From Bacteroidota bacterium (lineage in GTDB: Bacteria; Bacteroidota; Bacteroidia; Flavobacteriales_F; PHOS-HE28): 64,000 nucleotides of DNA. The notes beneath the pieces were generated by a model. The model saw only the letters and a list, made by a program, of their open reading frames with translations, made no database searches and had not been told where the DNA came from. Every line of letters starts with the position of its first letter. Position 1 is the stretch's first letter. The stretch covers positions 1,488 through 65,487 of the forward strand of contig JAFDZY010000255.1 of assembly GCA_018266685.1 (NCBI GenBank). Direction: 5' to 3'. Below are positions 26,611 through 36,125 of this stretch, in pieces. The position numbers and the translations under genes were made by a program.

Positions 26611-27086
26611 AACCATCCCCGTCCATCGCCCATGCGCGTGAACGGCCATGGGACCATCGCCAACATCACCACCAGCGCAATGAGGTAGAACACGGCCACG
26701 CGCAGGTGCTTGCCGTTCTCTGTATTTGCCTTCTTGCTGGACAAACGGCCTATTGTGACCAGTACGATCACAACCAACATCATTCCCAGGTGCTCGAATT
26801 TCCAATAACGCTTGTAGTCCGATGCCATGTGGTCAAATACACCTTTGTTGATGTCCATGCCATAAAGCACGAAGCCCAGCACAAGCTGCACATGGCACAG
26901 GATCATTGCCCAAATGGCCACAGCCCGTTGCCAGGTAATTACCGGGCCGTTGCGCAGCCAGCCCAACAAGGCCGCAAAGCCCGCTACCGCCACGGTCAAC
27001 AAGATGCCCCAACGCAACAAACTGTGGAAGAACAGGATGATCGGGACCAGGTCCACGGAAGATGAAACAGTGGGTGCATCATGCAT
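26607..27086 (-). CDS. hypothetical 4-TM membrane protein
   Basis: ATG at 27086 (MHDAPTV...) gives a 159-aa hydrophobic protein. The track N-terminal extension is antisense to cysQ and was discarded. Confidence 0.6.
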   Translation of the reverse strand: MHDAPTVSSSVDLVPIILFFHSLLRWGILLTVAVAGFAALLGWLRNGPVITWQRAVAIWAMILCHVQLVLGFVLYGMDINKGVFDHMASDYKRYWKFEHLGMMLVVIVLVTIGRLSSKKANTENGKHLRVAVFYLIALVVMLAMVPWPFTRMGDGRGWL

Positions 27087-27192
27087 GGGCAACCGTTTGA
27101 AGCGCGGTAAAAGTAGCCTTGGAACAACAACCTTGAAGGCATTTCCACCTGCACGGGGGCTTGAAATTTCTTCCCCGGCTACCTTCGCCGCC

Positions 27193-28023
27193 ATGAACCA
27201 ACTACCCTCGCTCCTGGACCATGGGATTGCCGCCGCGTTTGCCGCAGGCAAGGAAATATTGGACGTGTATGCAAGGCCCATCAACGTGGAACTGAAGGAC
27301 GACAAGAGCCCGCTCACCGAAGCCGACAAACGCGCCCACCGGGCCATTGCGGCCGAGTTGGCCAAAACGGGCCTGCCCGTACTGAGCGAGGAAGGGAAAG
27401 CACTTCCGCCAGCTGAACGCCAGGCGTGGCCCATGTACTGGCTTGTGGACCCACTGGACGGCACCAAGGAATTCATCAAGCGCAATGGCGAATTCACCGT
27501 GAACATCGCCTTGATGGCGCGTGACAACGAGCCCTCCGGGGCGCTCGGCTCCCACCGCCCCGTTGCAGGAGTGCTTTACGTGCCGGTAAAGGACATCCTG
27601 TACTTTGCATGGGAAGGTGGCGGTGCTTACCGGCAGGACAGCGCCACAACCTTGGAAGGCAAAGGCACGTATGAACGGGCCGCCAGCGCCATGCGCCTGC
27701 CCATGCCCAACCACCGCAAAGCCTTTACCATCGTGGCCAGCCGCTCCCATGCCTCCCCCGACACCGATGCCTACATCGCCCAGATGGAAAAGCAGCACGG
27801 CCAGGTGGAAACAGTAAGCATGGGCAGCGCCCTGAAGATCTGCTTAGTGGCCGAAGGCGCCGCTGATGCTTATCCGCGCTATGCTCCAACAATGGAGTGG
27901 GACACCGCTGCAGGCCATGCCATCGTGAACGGGGCTGGAAAAACCCTCATCGACGTAAGCACCGGCGCACCCATGCGCTACAATAAAAACGACCTGTTGA
28001 ACCAGTGGTTCATCGTTCAATAA
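27193..28023 (+). CDS. cysQ: 3'(2'),5'-bisphosphate nucleotidase CysQ
   Basis: Inositol-monophosphatase-family motifs LSEE and WLVDPLDGTKEF, plus the C-terminal WDTAAGHAI. Confidence 0.88.
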   Translation: MNQLPSLLDHGIAAAFAAGKEILDVYARPINVELKDDKSPLTEADKRAHRAIAAELAKTGLPVLSEEGKALPPAERQAWPMYWLVDPLDGTKEFIKRNGEFTVNIALMARDNEPSGALGSHRPVAGVLYVPVKDILYFAWEGGGAYRQDSATTLEGKGTYERAASAMRLPMPNHRKAFTIVASRSHASPDTDAYIAQMEKQHGQVETVSMGSALKICLVAEGAADAYPRYAPTMEWDTAAGHAIVNGAGKTLIDVSTGAPMRYNKNDLLNQWFIVQ

Positions 28024-28047
28024 CCTCCCAACGCAAGGAAGAGAGAT

Positions 28048-29256
28048 ATGGCACAGCAGAAGAAAAAAAGCGCGAAGCCTGCGGTAAAAAGGAAGGCCGC
28101 CAAGGTGGCCGCCGCCAAGAAGGTGGTGGCCAAGGCAGCCCCTGTGAAAGCATCGGCGCACAAAGGCAAGCGCAAGGTGGCCCTGATCACCGGAATCACC
28201 GGCCAGGACGGTGCCTACCTCAGCGAACTCCTGTTGAACAAGGGCTACGAGGTGCACGGCATCAAGCGGCGCAGCTCGCTCTTCAACACCGACCGCATCG
28301 ACCACCTGTACCACGACAGCCACGAGAAGGGCCAACCCTTCCACCTGCACTACGGGGACCTGACCGACAGCGTGAACTGCCTGCGCCTGGTGCAGCAGAT
28401 CCAGCCGGATGAGATCTACAACCTGGCTGCCATGAGCCACGTGGCCGTCAGCTTCGAGCTGCCGGAATACACCGCCAACGCTGACGGCATTGGCACCCTG
28501 CGCTTTTTGGAGGCCATCCGCATCCTGGGCATGGAAAAGAAAACCCGCTTCTACCAGGCCAGCACCAGCGAACTGTACGGCGGCGTGATCCACAGCGCGC
28601 AGAACGAGGAAACACCCTTCTACCCGCGCAGCCCGTACGGCGTGGCCAAGCTCTATGGCTTCTGGATCACCAAGAACTACCGGGAGAGCTACGGCATCTT
28701 CGCCTGCAACGGCATCCTCTTCAACCACGAAAGCCCGCTGCGCGGCGAAACCTTCGTGACCCGAAAGATCACCCGCGCGGCCGCCAAGATCAAGCTGGGC
28801 CTGCAAAAAACGCTGTACCTCGGCAACCTGGACAGCAAGCGCGACTGGGGCCACGCCAAGGATTACGTGGAGGGCATGTGGCTGATGCTGCAAGCCAAGA
28901 AGCCCGACGACTTCGTGCTGGCCACCGGCGAAACCCACACCGTGCGCCACTTTGTGAACCTCGCCTTTGCCGAGGCGGGCATCAAGCTGGAATGGAAGGG
29001 CAAGGGCGTAAACGAAAAGGCCATCAACAAGAAGACCGGCAACGTGGTGGTGGCCATCGATCCGCGCTACTACCGCCCCGCCGAGGTGGACCACCTGGAA
29101 GGCGACCCCAGCAAGGCCCGCCGCGTGCTGGGCTGGAAGCACAAATACAACCTGGCCGCACTGGTAAAGGAAATGGTGCGCGAGGACATCAAGCTCTTCG
29201 AGCGCGACGTGTACCTGAAGAAAGGCGGGCACAAGATCCTGAACGAGGAGGAGTGA
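28048..29256 (+). CDS. gmd: GDP-mannose 4,6-dehydratase (with a possible Lys/Ala-rich N-terminal extension)
   Basis: [21 protein letters not shown], the YxxxK region and a typical Gmd C-terminus. About 40 K/A-rich in-frame codons precede the Rossmann start; an alternative GTG start lies at about 28171. Confidence 0.93.
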   Translation: MAQQKKKSAKPAVKRKAAKVAAAKKVVAKAAPVKASAHKGKRKVALITGITGQDGAYLSELLLNKGYEVHGIKRRSSLFNTDRIDHLYHDSHEKGQPFHLHYGDLTDSVNCLRLVQQIQPDEIYNLAAMSHVAVSFELPEYTANADGIGTLRFLEAIRILGMEKKTRFYQASTSELYGGVIHSAQNEETPFYPRSPYGVAKLYGFWITKNYRESYGIFACNGILFNHESPLRGETFVTRKITRAAAKIKLGLQKTLYLGNLDSKRDWGHAKDYVEGMWLMLQAKKPDDFVLATGETHTVRHFVNLAFAEAGIKLEWKGKGVNEKAINKKTGNVVVAIDPRYYRPAEVDHLEGDPSKARRVLGWKHKYNLAALVKEMVREDIKLFERDVYLKKGGHKILNEEE

Positions 29257-29283
29257 TCGCCTGTGGCGATCGCACCTCCTCGT

Positions 29284-29347
29284 GTAAGGGCGCGAGATCT
29301 CGCGCCCCAACAAGAAGTAAGGGCGCGATAGATCGCGCCCCAACAAG
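29284..29347. repeat. two tandem 32-bp units, each containing a GC-rich palindrome, between gmd and fcl
   Basis: gtaagggcgcgagatctcgcgccccaacaaga, then gtaagggcgcgatagatcgcgccccaacaaga. gggcgcgagatctcgcgccc is a perfect palindrome. A further gatcgcc-tgt-ggcgatc hairpin lies at about 29255-29271. Confidence 0.8.
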
Positions 29348-30286
29348 ATGAACAAGCAAGACAAGATCTACATCGCAGGCCACCGGGGCATGGTGGGCAG
29401 CGCCATCAAGCGCCGCTTGGAGAAGGAAGGCTACACCAACATCATCGGGCGCACCAGCGGCGAGCTGGACCTGAAGGACCAGGCCGCCGTGCGCGACTTT
29501 TTCCGCAAGGAAAAACCCGACCACGTGGTGCTGGCGGCGGCCAAGGTGGGCGGCATCCAGGCCAACAACACCTACCGCGCGCAGTTCATCTACGAGAACC
29601 TGATGATCCAGAACAACGTGATCCACCAGGCGTACGAAAACGGCGTGAAGCGCCTGCTCTTCCTCGGCTCCTCGTGCATCTACCCCAAGCTGGCCCCGCA
29701 GCCGCTGAAAGAGGAAAGCCTGCTTACCGGCTTGCTGGAGGAAACCAACGAGCCTTACGCCATCGCCAAGATCGCGGGCATCAAGATGGTGGAGAGCTAC
29801 CGCCGCCAGTACGGCTGCGACTACATCAGCGCCATGCCCACCAACCTCTACGGGCCCAACGACAACTACGACCTGAAGAACAGCCACGTGATGCCCGCGC
29901 TGATCCGCAAGTTCCACACGGCAAAGCAGGAAGGGGCGGACACCGTGGAAGTGTGGGGTACCGGCGCGCCCAAGCGTGAGTTCCTCCACGTGGATGACCT
30001 GGCCGATGCCTGCGTGTACCTGCTGAAGAACTACCACGACGAACTCTTCGTCAACATCGGCACCGGCTCCGACCTCACCATTAAGGCGCTGGCGGAAATG
30101 ATCCGCGACATCGTGGGCTTCCAGGGTGAACTGATCTGGGACACCACCAAGCCCGACGGCACCCCGCGCAAGCTCATGGACGTTGGCCGCCTGCACGGCA
30201 TGGGCTGGAAGCACAGCATCGAACTCCGTGACGGCATCAAACAGGTTTACGAGGCGTTCAAGAAGTATGAGGGGGCGAAGGTGTGA
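29348..30286 (+). CDS. fcl: GDP-L-fucose synthase
   Basis: [14 protein letters not shown] Rossmann motif, SSCIYP, YAIAK, and the typical size. Confidence 0.93.
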   Translation: MNKQDKIYIAGHRGMVGSAIKRRLEKEGYTNIIGRTSGELDLKDQAAVRDFFRKEKPDHVVLAAAKVGGIQANNTYRAQFIYENLMIQNNVIHQAYENGVKRLLFLGSSCIYPKLAPQPLKEESLLTGLLEETNEPYAIAKIAGIKMVESYRRQYGCDYISAMPTNLYGPNDNYDLKNSHVMPALIRKFHTAKQEGADTVEVWGTGAPKREFLHVDDLADACVYLLKNYHDELFVNIGTGSDLTIKALAEMIRDIVGFQGELIWDTTKPDGTPRKLMDVGRLHGMGWKHSIELRDGIKQVYEAFKKYEGAKV

Positions 30287-30288
30287 GG
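30188..30288 (+). repeat. direct repeat, left copy (native 3' end of fcl)
   Basis: 101 bp, 88/101 identical by my manual alignment to 30999..31099. Confidence 0.85.
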
Positions 30289-30346
30289 GGATGCGTTGAC
30301 TCCAACGGCTCAATTTCATCACATCAGGGCCTAACTTTGCAAGGCA

Positions 30347-30562
30347 ATGGCCATCTCCATCAAACAAAACAGCAAGCAGGAAACGGTGATCACCATTTCC
30401 GGCAAGGTGGATGCGGAAGCCATTGAACAGGCCATCAAGTACCTGCGCTACTTGGAGCTAACATCCGGATTCAAGCCAGTAAGCCAGCACCAAGTGGATG
30501 AACTTTCCGGCTCCATAAAACGCTCCATGGCCAACAAGCGGCGCAAGCGGTTGGCTTCATGA
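30347..30562 (+). CDS. putative antitoxin of the PIN toxin
   Basis: 71-aa ORF immediately upstream of and overlapping the PIN gene (ATGA). The family was not recognised. Confidence 0.55.
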   Translation: MAISIKQNSKQETVITISGKVDAEAIEQAIKYLRYLELTSGFKPVSQHQVDELSGSIKRSMANKRRKRLAS

Positions 30563-30993
30563 AGCTGGTGGTGGACACCAACATCCTGGTCAGTTGCATG
30601 GTAAAATTCGACGGCCGTACCGCCGAACTTTACCTGAACCCACCTTCAACCCATGTTTATTACGCGCCCGAGGGCTTGATAGCAGAGATCACCCTCCACA
30701 GGGAAAAGATCATGAAGCTTACGGGGGCCACATCGGTCCGGCACGCCGAAATCTCCGAATTATTGCTTTCGCCACTGACCATCATCCCAAACTCCGCTAT
30801 TTCAGCCAAGCATTGGGAACAAGCCTTCAACTTCGTCAAGGACATCGATGATAACGACGACCAGTTCGTTGCGCTCGCGCTTCACCTCAACTGCCCATTA
30901 TGGACAGGAGACAAGAAGCTGGTGAACGGGCTGCGCAGGAAGGGATTCAAGTTGCTGGTCACAAGCGAAGAGCTTCGAAAAGCCGCACGGTGA
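30559..30993 (+). CDS. PIN-domain toxin
   Basis: MKLVVDTNILVSCM... with conserved acidic positions (DIDDNDDQF, TGD). Confidence 0.8.
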   Translation: MKLVVDTNILVSCMVKFDGRTAELYLNPPSTHVYYAPEGLIAEITLHREKIMKLTGATSVRHAEISELLLSPLTIIPNSAISAKHWEQAFNFVKDIDDNDDQFVALALHLNCPLWTGDKKLVNGLRRKGFKLLVTSEELRKAAR

Positions 30994-30998
30994 ACCAT

Positions 30999-31099
30999 CG
31001 CCTGCGCGCCTTGGGCTGGAGGCACAAGATCGAACTGCGCAACGGGATCAAACAGGTTTACGACGCGTTCAAGAAGTACGACGGGGCGAAGGTGTGAGG
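30999..31099 (+). repeat. direct repeat, right copy (orphan fcl 3' end, still in frame to a TGA)
   Basis: Encodes RLRALGWRHKIELRNGIKQVYDAFKKYDGAKV*, against native [32 protein letters not shown]. Confidence 0.85.
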
Positions 31100-31251
31100 A
31101 TCTCGGATTGCCTGCTGTATTCGCGCTTGGTTGGTGCGCCCAATACGCCATAGCGCACCCGTGTTGAGGTTTACCTCCCCACTATTCCAGTGGCACGCAA
31201 TTTTGTCATCTGGGTTGCAGATACATACCTTCGATTACCTTTTCTGCCTGG

Positions 31252-33330
31252 ATGAAGTCCAAAGCCTTCACCTTGTTCCGCACTGTTGCGGTACTATTCC
31301 TCTGCAACCATGCTTTGAGCGCGGTGGGTAAAGAGTGTGTCGGCAGTATTCTTGTTACCCTAAAGCACGCTAACGACTCCTTGGAGGTCTTACACGACCC
31401 GAATATCTGGGGAGCTAGTCCATACGTTTCTGTTTCCTTAGGCGCCGGTGATACGGTCCTGCTTCAACAATACACGAGCAATTGTGGGGGAAATAGAGGC
31501 TTGTCCATCTATGCTGCCGATCCAATGGATAGCACTGCATATGGTGTGTCCTTGAATCCTGCCCCATTCAACACTTCGACATTCAAGCTCGCCCAAGCGG
31601 GGGCCTACGTGGTATCTCAATGGGGTGTGGACATCGACCTCATGGTATGGCTTTTTATCAGTGGGCCTGACCCTACTGCCGCCCCCGTGGGGTTGGTATT
31701 TAATAAGGTGTTTCCTTCGATGCCTTTCCCACAGGGTTACGTAGCCGCCAGCGATACTTGCTTCACTCCGTGCTCAACGCTGTACTTGCTGGACGGCCAG
31801 ATTGTGAAGATGTTCCCCGTTTCCGGCGAATTGATCCGCCCAGGCGGGCAGGCGGTGGTCCGCTTTGCCCCGGAAGGAGATACCGTCACCTTCGATACAC
31901 CGGCCGACACAGTGCCAATGGATGGATATTCAGGCTATGTGTTTTCTGAGGATGGCCTGTATTTGCTGTCCGTCGAAGACTCCATGTTCCTGGCACCGGC
32001 ATGCGCCTTTGTACGGGTGAGCCATCAGCCAAGCCCGTACTTGGCCCTTTCGTTGACCATCGAACACGCAGATGGCACGGAACAGGAAGTAGCGTATGCG
32101 GAACCATCCAATGTCCCAACTGTCCACGTTGACCTCGGGCCGGGGGATTCACTTCGGATCGACCAGGTCGAGGTCACGGAACCCTGCAATTCAGCCCATT
32201 TGCGCATTTACAAGGGTGATGATTGGGGCCCGGTCTATTGGAGCGATTCGCTCCTCATGGATTCGGCGAGCACGCCTGCAGGTATTCACCTTGCGGAGTC
32301 CGGCAGTTATCTCCTAAGGCAACTGTCGGATTGCGGTATTGCGACAACCACGATGTATTTGACCATCAATGCCCCGGTACCTGAACTGGACCTGGTAATC
32401 GGCATTGTCCACAGTGACGGAACCGAAACTGAACTGTTCCGCAGCCATGTTCCCGTGGACCCTTTTCCACATTTGGAAACATACTTGGGATCCGCGGATT
32501 CGGTACGAGTATATTATGAAGAAACCGGTTGGTGCAGTTCGTACAAGTATCTGAAAATTCACAAACATGTTGGCCCCGGCGATGCTTCCACGTCGGACTA
32601 CCTTTTGTCCGGAAGCGCGGCCAATTTGCCTTCGTACACATTCAACACGCCGGCCAATTACCTCATCGATCTCAATACCTACATTAGTGTGTGCTATTAT
32701 AACCAGTTGGTGCATCTCAGCATCCATCCGCCACTGCCTGAGATTGCTCTCCGCGTGGACCTGAAGTTCGCCGACGGGACCACAACTCCGGTGGCTTATG
32801 CGGAAGCAGGCACGGTAGGCTTTGCAAGCGTGGAACTCGGCGCGAACGATTCGCTCAAGGTCCAGCGCTTCTTCCAACAAGCCATCTGTCCGGAAACCGT
32901 GCTAAAGATCTTCCATTCCAATGGGGACACAGCCACTACCGCCGATTCCGTGCTGTTGGATACCCCGTTGGATGCAAGTGGCTTGATGGTGCATGAGACG
33001 GGAGCGCTGCTCCTGATGCTGGAAGACACCTGCGACGCAGTTTCCGGATCAATTCAGTTGAACGTGTCCGAAGCCATTTCAACCGGCATTTCGAACCTTC
33101 AGGGAATGATCGTGCATTTTCAAAATGGCAATGGCCATCTTCTGGGCAATGTGAAGGGCGGCGGCGTTTTGCAGATCAGGAATGCGATGGGCCAATTGGT
33201 TCGGGAAATCCCCGTGAGATCAAGTTCGATGGCGGTTTCCGTTCCGTTCAATGATGTTGCTCCGGGCATGTATATCGCCACAATGCTGGGTCCCGCCGCG
33301 ATCAATTCTTGCCGCTTCGTGGTTGAATGA
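31252..33330 (+). CDS. secreted repeat protein with T9SS-type C-terminal sorting domain
   Basis: Signal peptide; four modules of about 110-120 aa, each with a D/N-G/S-containing segment near its start (KHANDS / EHADGTEQE / VHSDGTETE / KFADGTTTP) and a pair of Cys. The C-terminus LQIRNAMGQLVREIPV...GMYIATML...CRFVVE is CTD-like. GC is lower than the flanks. Confidence 0.75.
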   Translation: MKSKAFTLFRTVAVLFLCNHALSAVGKECVGSILVTLKHANDSLEVLHDPNIWGASPYVSVSLGAGDTVLLQQYTSNCGGNRGLSIYAADPMDSTAYGVSLNPAPFNTSTFKLAQAGAYVVSQWGVDIDLMVWLFISGPDPTAAPVGLVFNKVFPSMPFPQGYVAASDTCFTPCSTLYLLDGQIVKMFPVSGELIRPGGQAVVRFAPEGDTVTFDTPADTVPMDGYSGYVFSEDGLYLLSVEDSMFLAPACAFVRVSHQPSPYLALSLTIEHADGTEQEVAYAEPSNVPTVHVDLGPGDSLRIDQVEVTEPCNSAHLRIYKGDDWGPVYWSDSLLMDSASTPAGIHLAESGSYLLRQLSDCGIATTTMYLTINAPVPELDLVIGIVHSDGTETELFRSHVPVDPFPHLETYLGSADSVRVYYEETGWCSSYKYLKIHKHVGPGDASTSDYLLSGSAANLPSYTFNTPANYLIDLNTYISVCYYNQLVHLSIHPPLPEIALRVDLKFADGTTTPVAYAEAGTVGFASVELGANDSLKVQRFFQQAICPETVLKIFHSNGDTATTADSVLLDTPLDASGLMVHETGALLLMLEDTCDAVSGSIQLNVSEAISTGISNLQGMIVHFQNGNGHLLGNVKGGGVLQIRNAMGQLVREIPVRSSSMAVSVPFNDVAPGMYIATMLGPAAINSCRFVVE

Positions 33331-33416
33331 GCGGGCCGGAACCAGACAGGCCTGAACACTGATCGTCTTCGCGGGGAACGTTCCCCGCCTACCTTCGGCC
33401 ACCTTCCGCAGCGGGA

Positions 33417-34991
33417 ATGCGTCGCCATCGATTTCACCTGGTCCTGTCAGCCGCGTTGTGCAGCATCATGGCCAGTGCCCAGCAGAACGACCTTCCGCTG
33501 AACCGCGACATCTACTACGACATTGACCGGAACGGTGCACAGAAGGCCAGCACCATGCACACCGGCATGCGCCCGGTGTTGGAAAGCCGGGCGGATCTGC
33601 ACAACGTAATGGGCTACCGACCGGACAGCGGGCGCTACTACCTCTGGATCACCGAAAAGCTCTTCAAGGAACATTTGGTTAAGGTGGATGACGGCGGCTT
33701 CCGGCTCACCATTGATCCGGCGTTCCGTTTCGAATTGGGCAAGGATTACCGCGAGGGCAGCGCCTTTGCCAAGGACGGCTACATGGAGCAGAACAGCCGG
33801 GGATTCCGCATCGCCGCAGACCTGGGCCCAACGGTCTCCTTCCAGAGCATGTTCATGGAGAACCAGGCCAGCCCGCCCGGCTATCTGTACACCTACGCCC
33901 AGCTCAGCGGCGTGATGCCCGGCCAAGGGCGCATCAAAACCTTCAACACGCGTGGGCTGGATTTCGCATGGGCCACGGGCAACGTGAGCTGGACGCCACG
34001 CCCATGGCTCAACGCACAACTGGGCCAAGGCCGGCAATTCGTGGGCAACGGCTACCGCAGCATGCTGCTCAGCGACAACGCCTCGCCCTACCCTTACGTT
34101 AAGTTCAGCGCACTTACCAACAACAAGCGCTTCCAGTACACGGCCATCTTCGCCAAACTGCAACAGGTGGGGCAGGCCAACCGCTTGCCTACCGGCGAGG
34201 CGGCCGAATCGCTCTTCTGGTGGAAACGCGCCACCTTCCTGCACCTCAGCGCAAACTTCGGCCCGCTGCAGCTCGCAGTCTTTGAAGGCACCATGTGGAA
34301 GACCATCGGCGCAGACGGGCTGCTGCCCTTCAACGCCATGCAACTCAACCCCGTGATCGGCCTGAACACCGCCACAAACGGATTTGACGGGCGCAATACC
34401 CAGCTGCTTGGGCTGGACGCCAAGTACCGCATCACGGACAAGCTCTTCGCCTACGGCCAGTATGCCCTCACCGACCCCGGCCGCAACCGCTACGCCTGGC
34501 AGGCCGGCCTGCAGTGGTTCGACCTGTTCCACCGCGACCTGCACCTGCTGGCCGAGTTCAACCAGGCCACGCCTTTCGCCTACACCAAGGCCGATGCACG
34601 CATGAGCTGGACCAACAGCGGGCAGCCCATGGCCTCGCCCATCGGCACCGGCTACACAGAAATGGTGGTCTTGGCGGACTATGGCATCCAGCAGCGCTTT
34701 TGGTTCCAGGGCGAAGTGAGCGTGGTGCAGCACCCTTGGGGCATGAACATGGTGCAGGTGGCCGGCGGTGACATCTACGGCAGCGATCAAGCCCCCGCCA
34801 CCACCGGCTGGGACCGTCGGCGCGTGTATGGCAGCGTGAACGCCTCCTGGCGGATGAACCAGATGACCAACATGCAGATCACCCTGGGCTACACCATGCG
34901 CGACCTGGACCCTGGACCCCTGGGCCAGGACAGCGGCTACCTGTACCTTGCCTTCCATACGGGATTGTTCAACCGCTACTACGATCTTTGA
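33417..34991 (+). CDS. outer-membrane protein, RemB / capsule-assembly Wzi-like
   Basis: Signal peptide, a large beta-barrel-like protein, and paralogous to 36122..37717. The family assignment is from memory of Flavobacteriia annotations. Confidence 0.55.
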   Translation: MRRHRFHLVLSAALCSIMASAQQNDLPLNRDIYYDIDRNGAQKASTMHTGMRPVLESRADLHNVMGYRPDSGRYYLWITEKLFKEHLVKVDDGGFRLTIDPAFRFELGKDYREGSAFAKDGYMEQNSRGFRIAADLGPTVSFQSMFMENQASPPGYLYTYAQLSGVMPGQGRIKTFNTRGLDFAWATGNVSWTPRPWLNAQLGQGRQFVGNGYRSMLLSDNASPYPYVKFSALTNNKRFQYTAIFAKLQQVGQANRLPTGEAAESLFWWKRATFLHLSANFGPLQLAVFEGTMWKTIGADGLLPFNAMQLNPVIGLNTATNGFDGRNTQLLGLDAKYRITDKLFAYGQYALTDPGRNRYAWQAGLQWFDLFHRDLHLLAEFNQATPFAYTKADARMSWTNSGQPMASPIGTGYTEMVVLADYGIQQRFWFQGEVSVVQHPWGMNMVQVAGGDIYGSDQAPATTGWDRRRVYGSVNASWRMNQMTNMQITLGYTMRDLDPGPLGQDSGYLYLAFHTGLFNRYYDL

Positions 34992-35006
34992 CCGGCATCC
35001 CGCAAC

Positions 35007-36125
35007 GTGAAGGAGCACGACTACATACTGCTGATGGGCTTTCTCACCGCGTTCCTCGTGGTGCTCTTCACCATGCCCAGCCTGATCAAGGTGGCGCGCA
35101 TGAAGCATTTGGTGGACGAACCCAGCGAAGAACGCAAACTGCACCACCGCAGCATTCCCACCATCGGCGGCATCATCATCTTCGCCGCCATCATCTTCAG
35201 TTACAGCCTGTGGTTCCCTTCCGGCAGGTCCGCCTTCAGCGACCCGCACTCTGATTTCAGGCTCCTTTACGGCGAAATGGCCTCGGCATATGCCGACTTC
35301 AAGATCGTGATCGCCGCCATGGTGCTGCTGTTCTTCATCGGGGTGAAGGATGACATCATCGGCTTCTCGCCCGTGAAAAAGCTCGTGGGCCACTTCATAG
35401 TGGCCTACATCCTGGTGATCATTGGCGATGTACGCATCACCAACATGCACGGTATTCTTGGGCTTTATGAACTGCCCAACGCAATCAGCATCGCCTTTTC
35501 ATTCTTCACCTACATCGTGCTGGTGAACGCCTTCAACCTGATCGACGGCGTGGACGGCCTGGCCGGCGGCATTGGGCTGATCAGCGCAGTGACCTACGGC
35601 TGTTGGCTCTATTGGACCGGCGATGTGGCCTTGGCCCTGTTGGCCTTCACCTTGGCCGGCAGCTTGGTGGGCTTCCTGGTGTTCAACACCCATCCCGCGC
35701 GCATCTTCATGGGCGACAGCGGTTCCCTGATCATCGGCGCCATACTCAGCGTACTGGCCATGCGCGTGGTGGACCATGACACTTCCCGGCTGCCGCAATG
35801 GCTGCGCACCGTGCCTACCCCGCTCTTCGCCATGTCCGTCATCGCCTATCCCTTGGTGGACACCTTCCGGGTCTTCATTGTGCGCATGGCCCGCGGTACT
35901 TCGCCCTTCCAGGCGGACCGCAACCACATCCACCACCGCCTGATGGCCTTGGGCCTGGGGCACCGCGGAACGGTGCTGGTCCTCTACATCTATGCCATCA
36001 CCCTGATCCTGCTCAGCCTTACCACGCGGGACATACTCCCAAACAAAGGGCTGCTGATCCTGGGCATCGCCGCCTTCGGCTTGGCCATGGTGCCCTTTGC
36101 ATTCCGCAAAAGGAAGGAAGCATGA
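35007..36125 (+). CDS. glycosyltransferase family 4 (MraY/WecA-like undecaprenyl-phosphate sugar-1-phosphate transferase)
   Basis: SIPTIGGI, VKDDIIG, NAFNLIDGVDGLAGG and FMGDSGSL motifs; about 10 TM segments. Confidence 0.88.
   Translation: MKEHDYILLMGFLTAFLVVLFTMPSLIKVARMKHLVDEPSEERKLHHRSIPTIGGIIIFAAIIFSYSLWFPSGRSAFSDPHSDFRLLYGEMASAYADFKIVIAAMVLLFFIGVKDDIIGFSPVKKLVGHFIVAYILVIIGDVRITNMHGILGLYELPNAISIAFSFFTYIVLVNAFNLIDGVDGLAGGIGLISAVTYGCWLYWTGDVALALLAFTLAGSLVGFLVFNTHPARIFMGDSGSLIIGAILSVLAMRVVDHDTSRLPQWLRTVPTPLFAMSVIAYPLVDTFRVFIVRMARGTSPFQADRNHIHHRLMALGLGHRGTVLVLYIYAITLILLSLTTRDILPNKGLLILGIAAFGLAMVPFAFRKRKEA

Noticed and set aside
30900-31097. 65-aa ORF 30900..31097 as a real gene.
   Set aside because: Its C-terminal half is the orphan duplicated fcl 3' end, and its N-terminal half is an out-of-frame overlap with the PIN gene. 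I treat it as a repeat relic.
33447-35450. Very long antisense ORFs. Examples: 33447..35450 (667 aa), 58901..61870 (989 aa), 27844..29364, 29189..30367, 35990..37708, 50438..51685, 52921..53997, 39650..40594, 21575..22477, 23407..24375, 25099..26061, 4296..5423 and 4781..5809.
   Set aside because: Each lies opposite a gene with clear family motifs. Their translations are low-complexity and rich in Arg/Ala/Gly/His/Val, as expected for stop-codon-poor shadow frames in high-GC DNA. No motifs were recognised.
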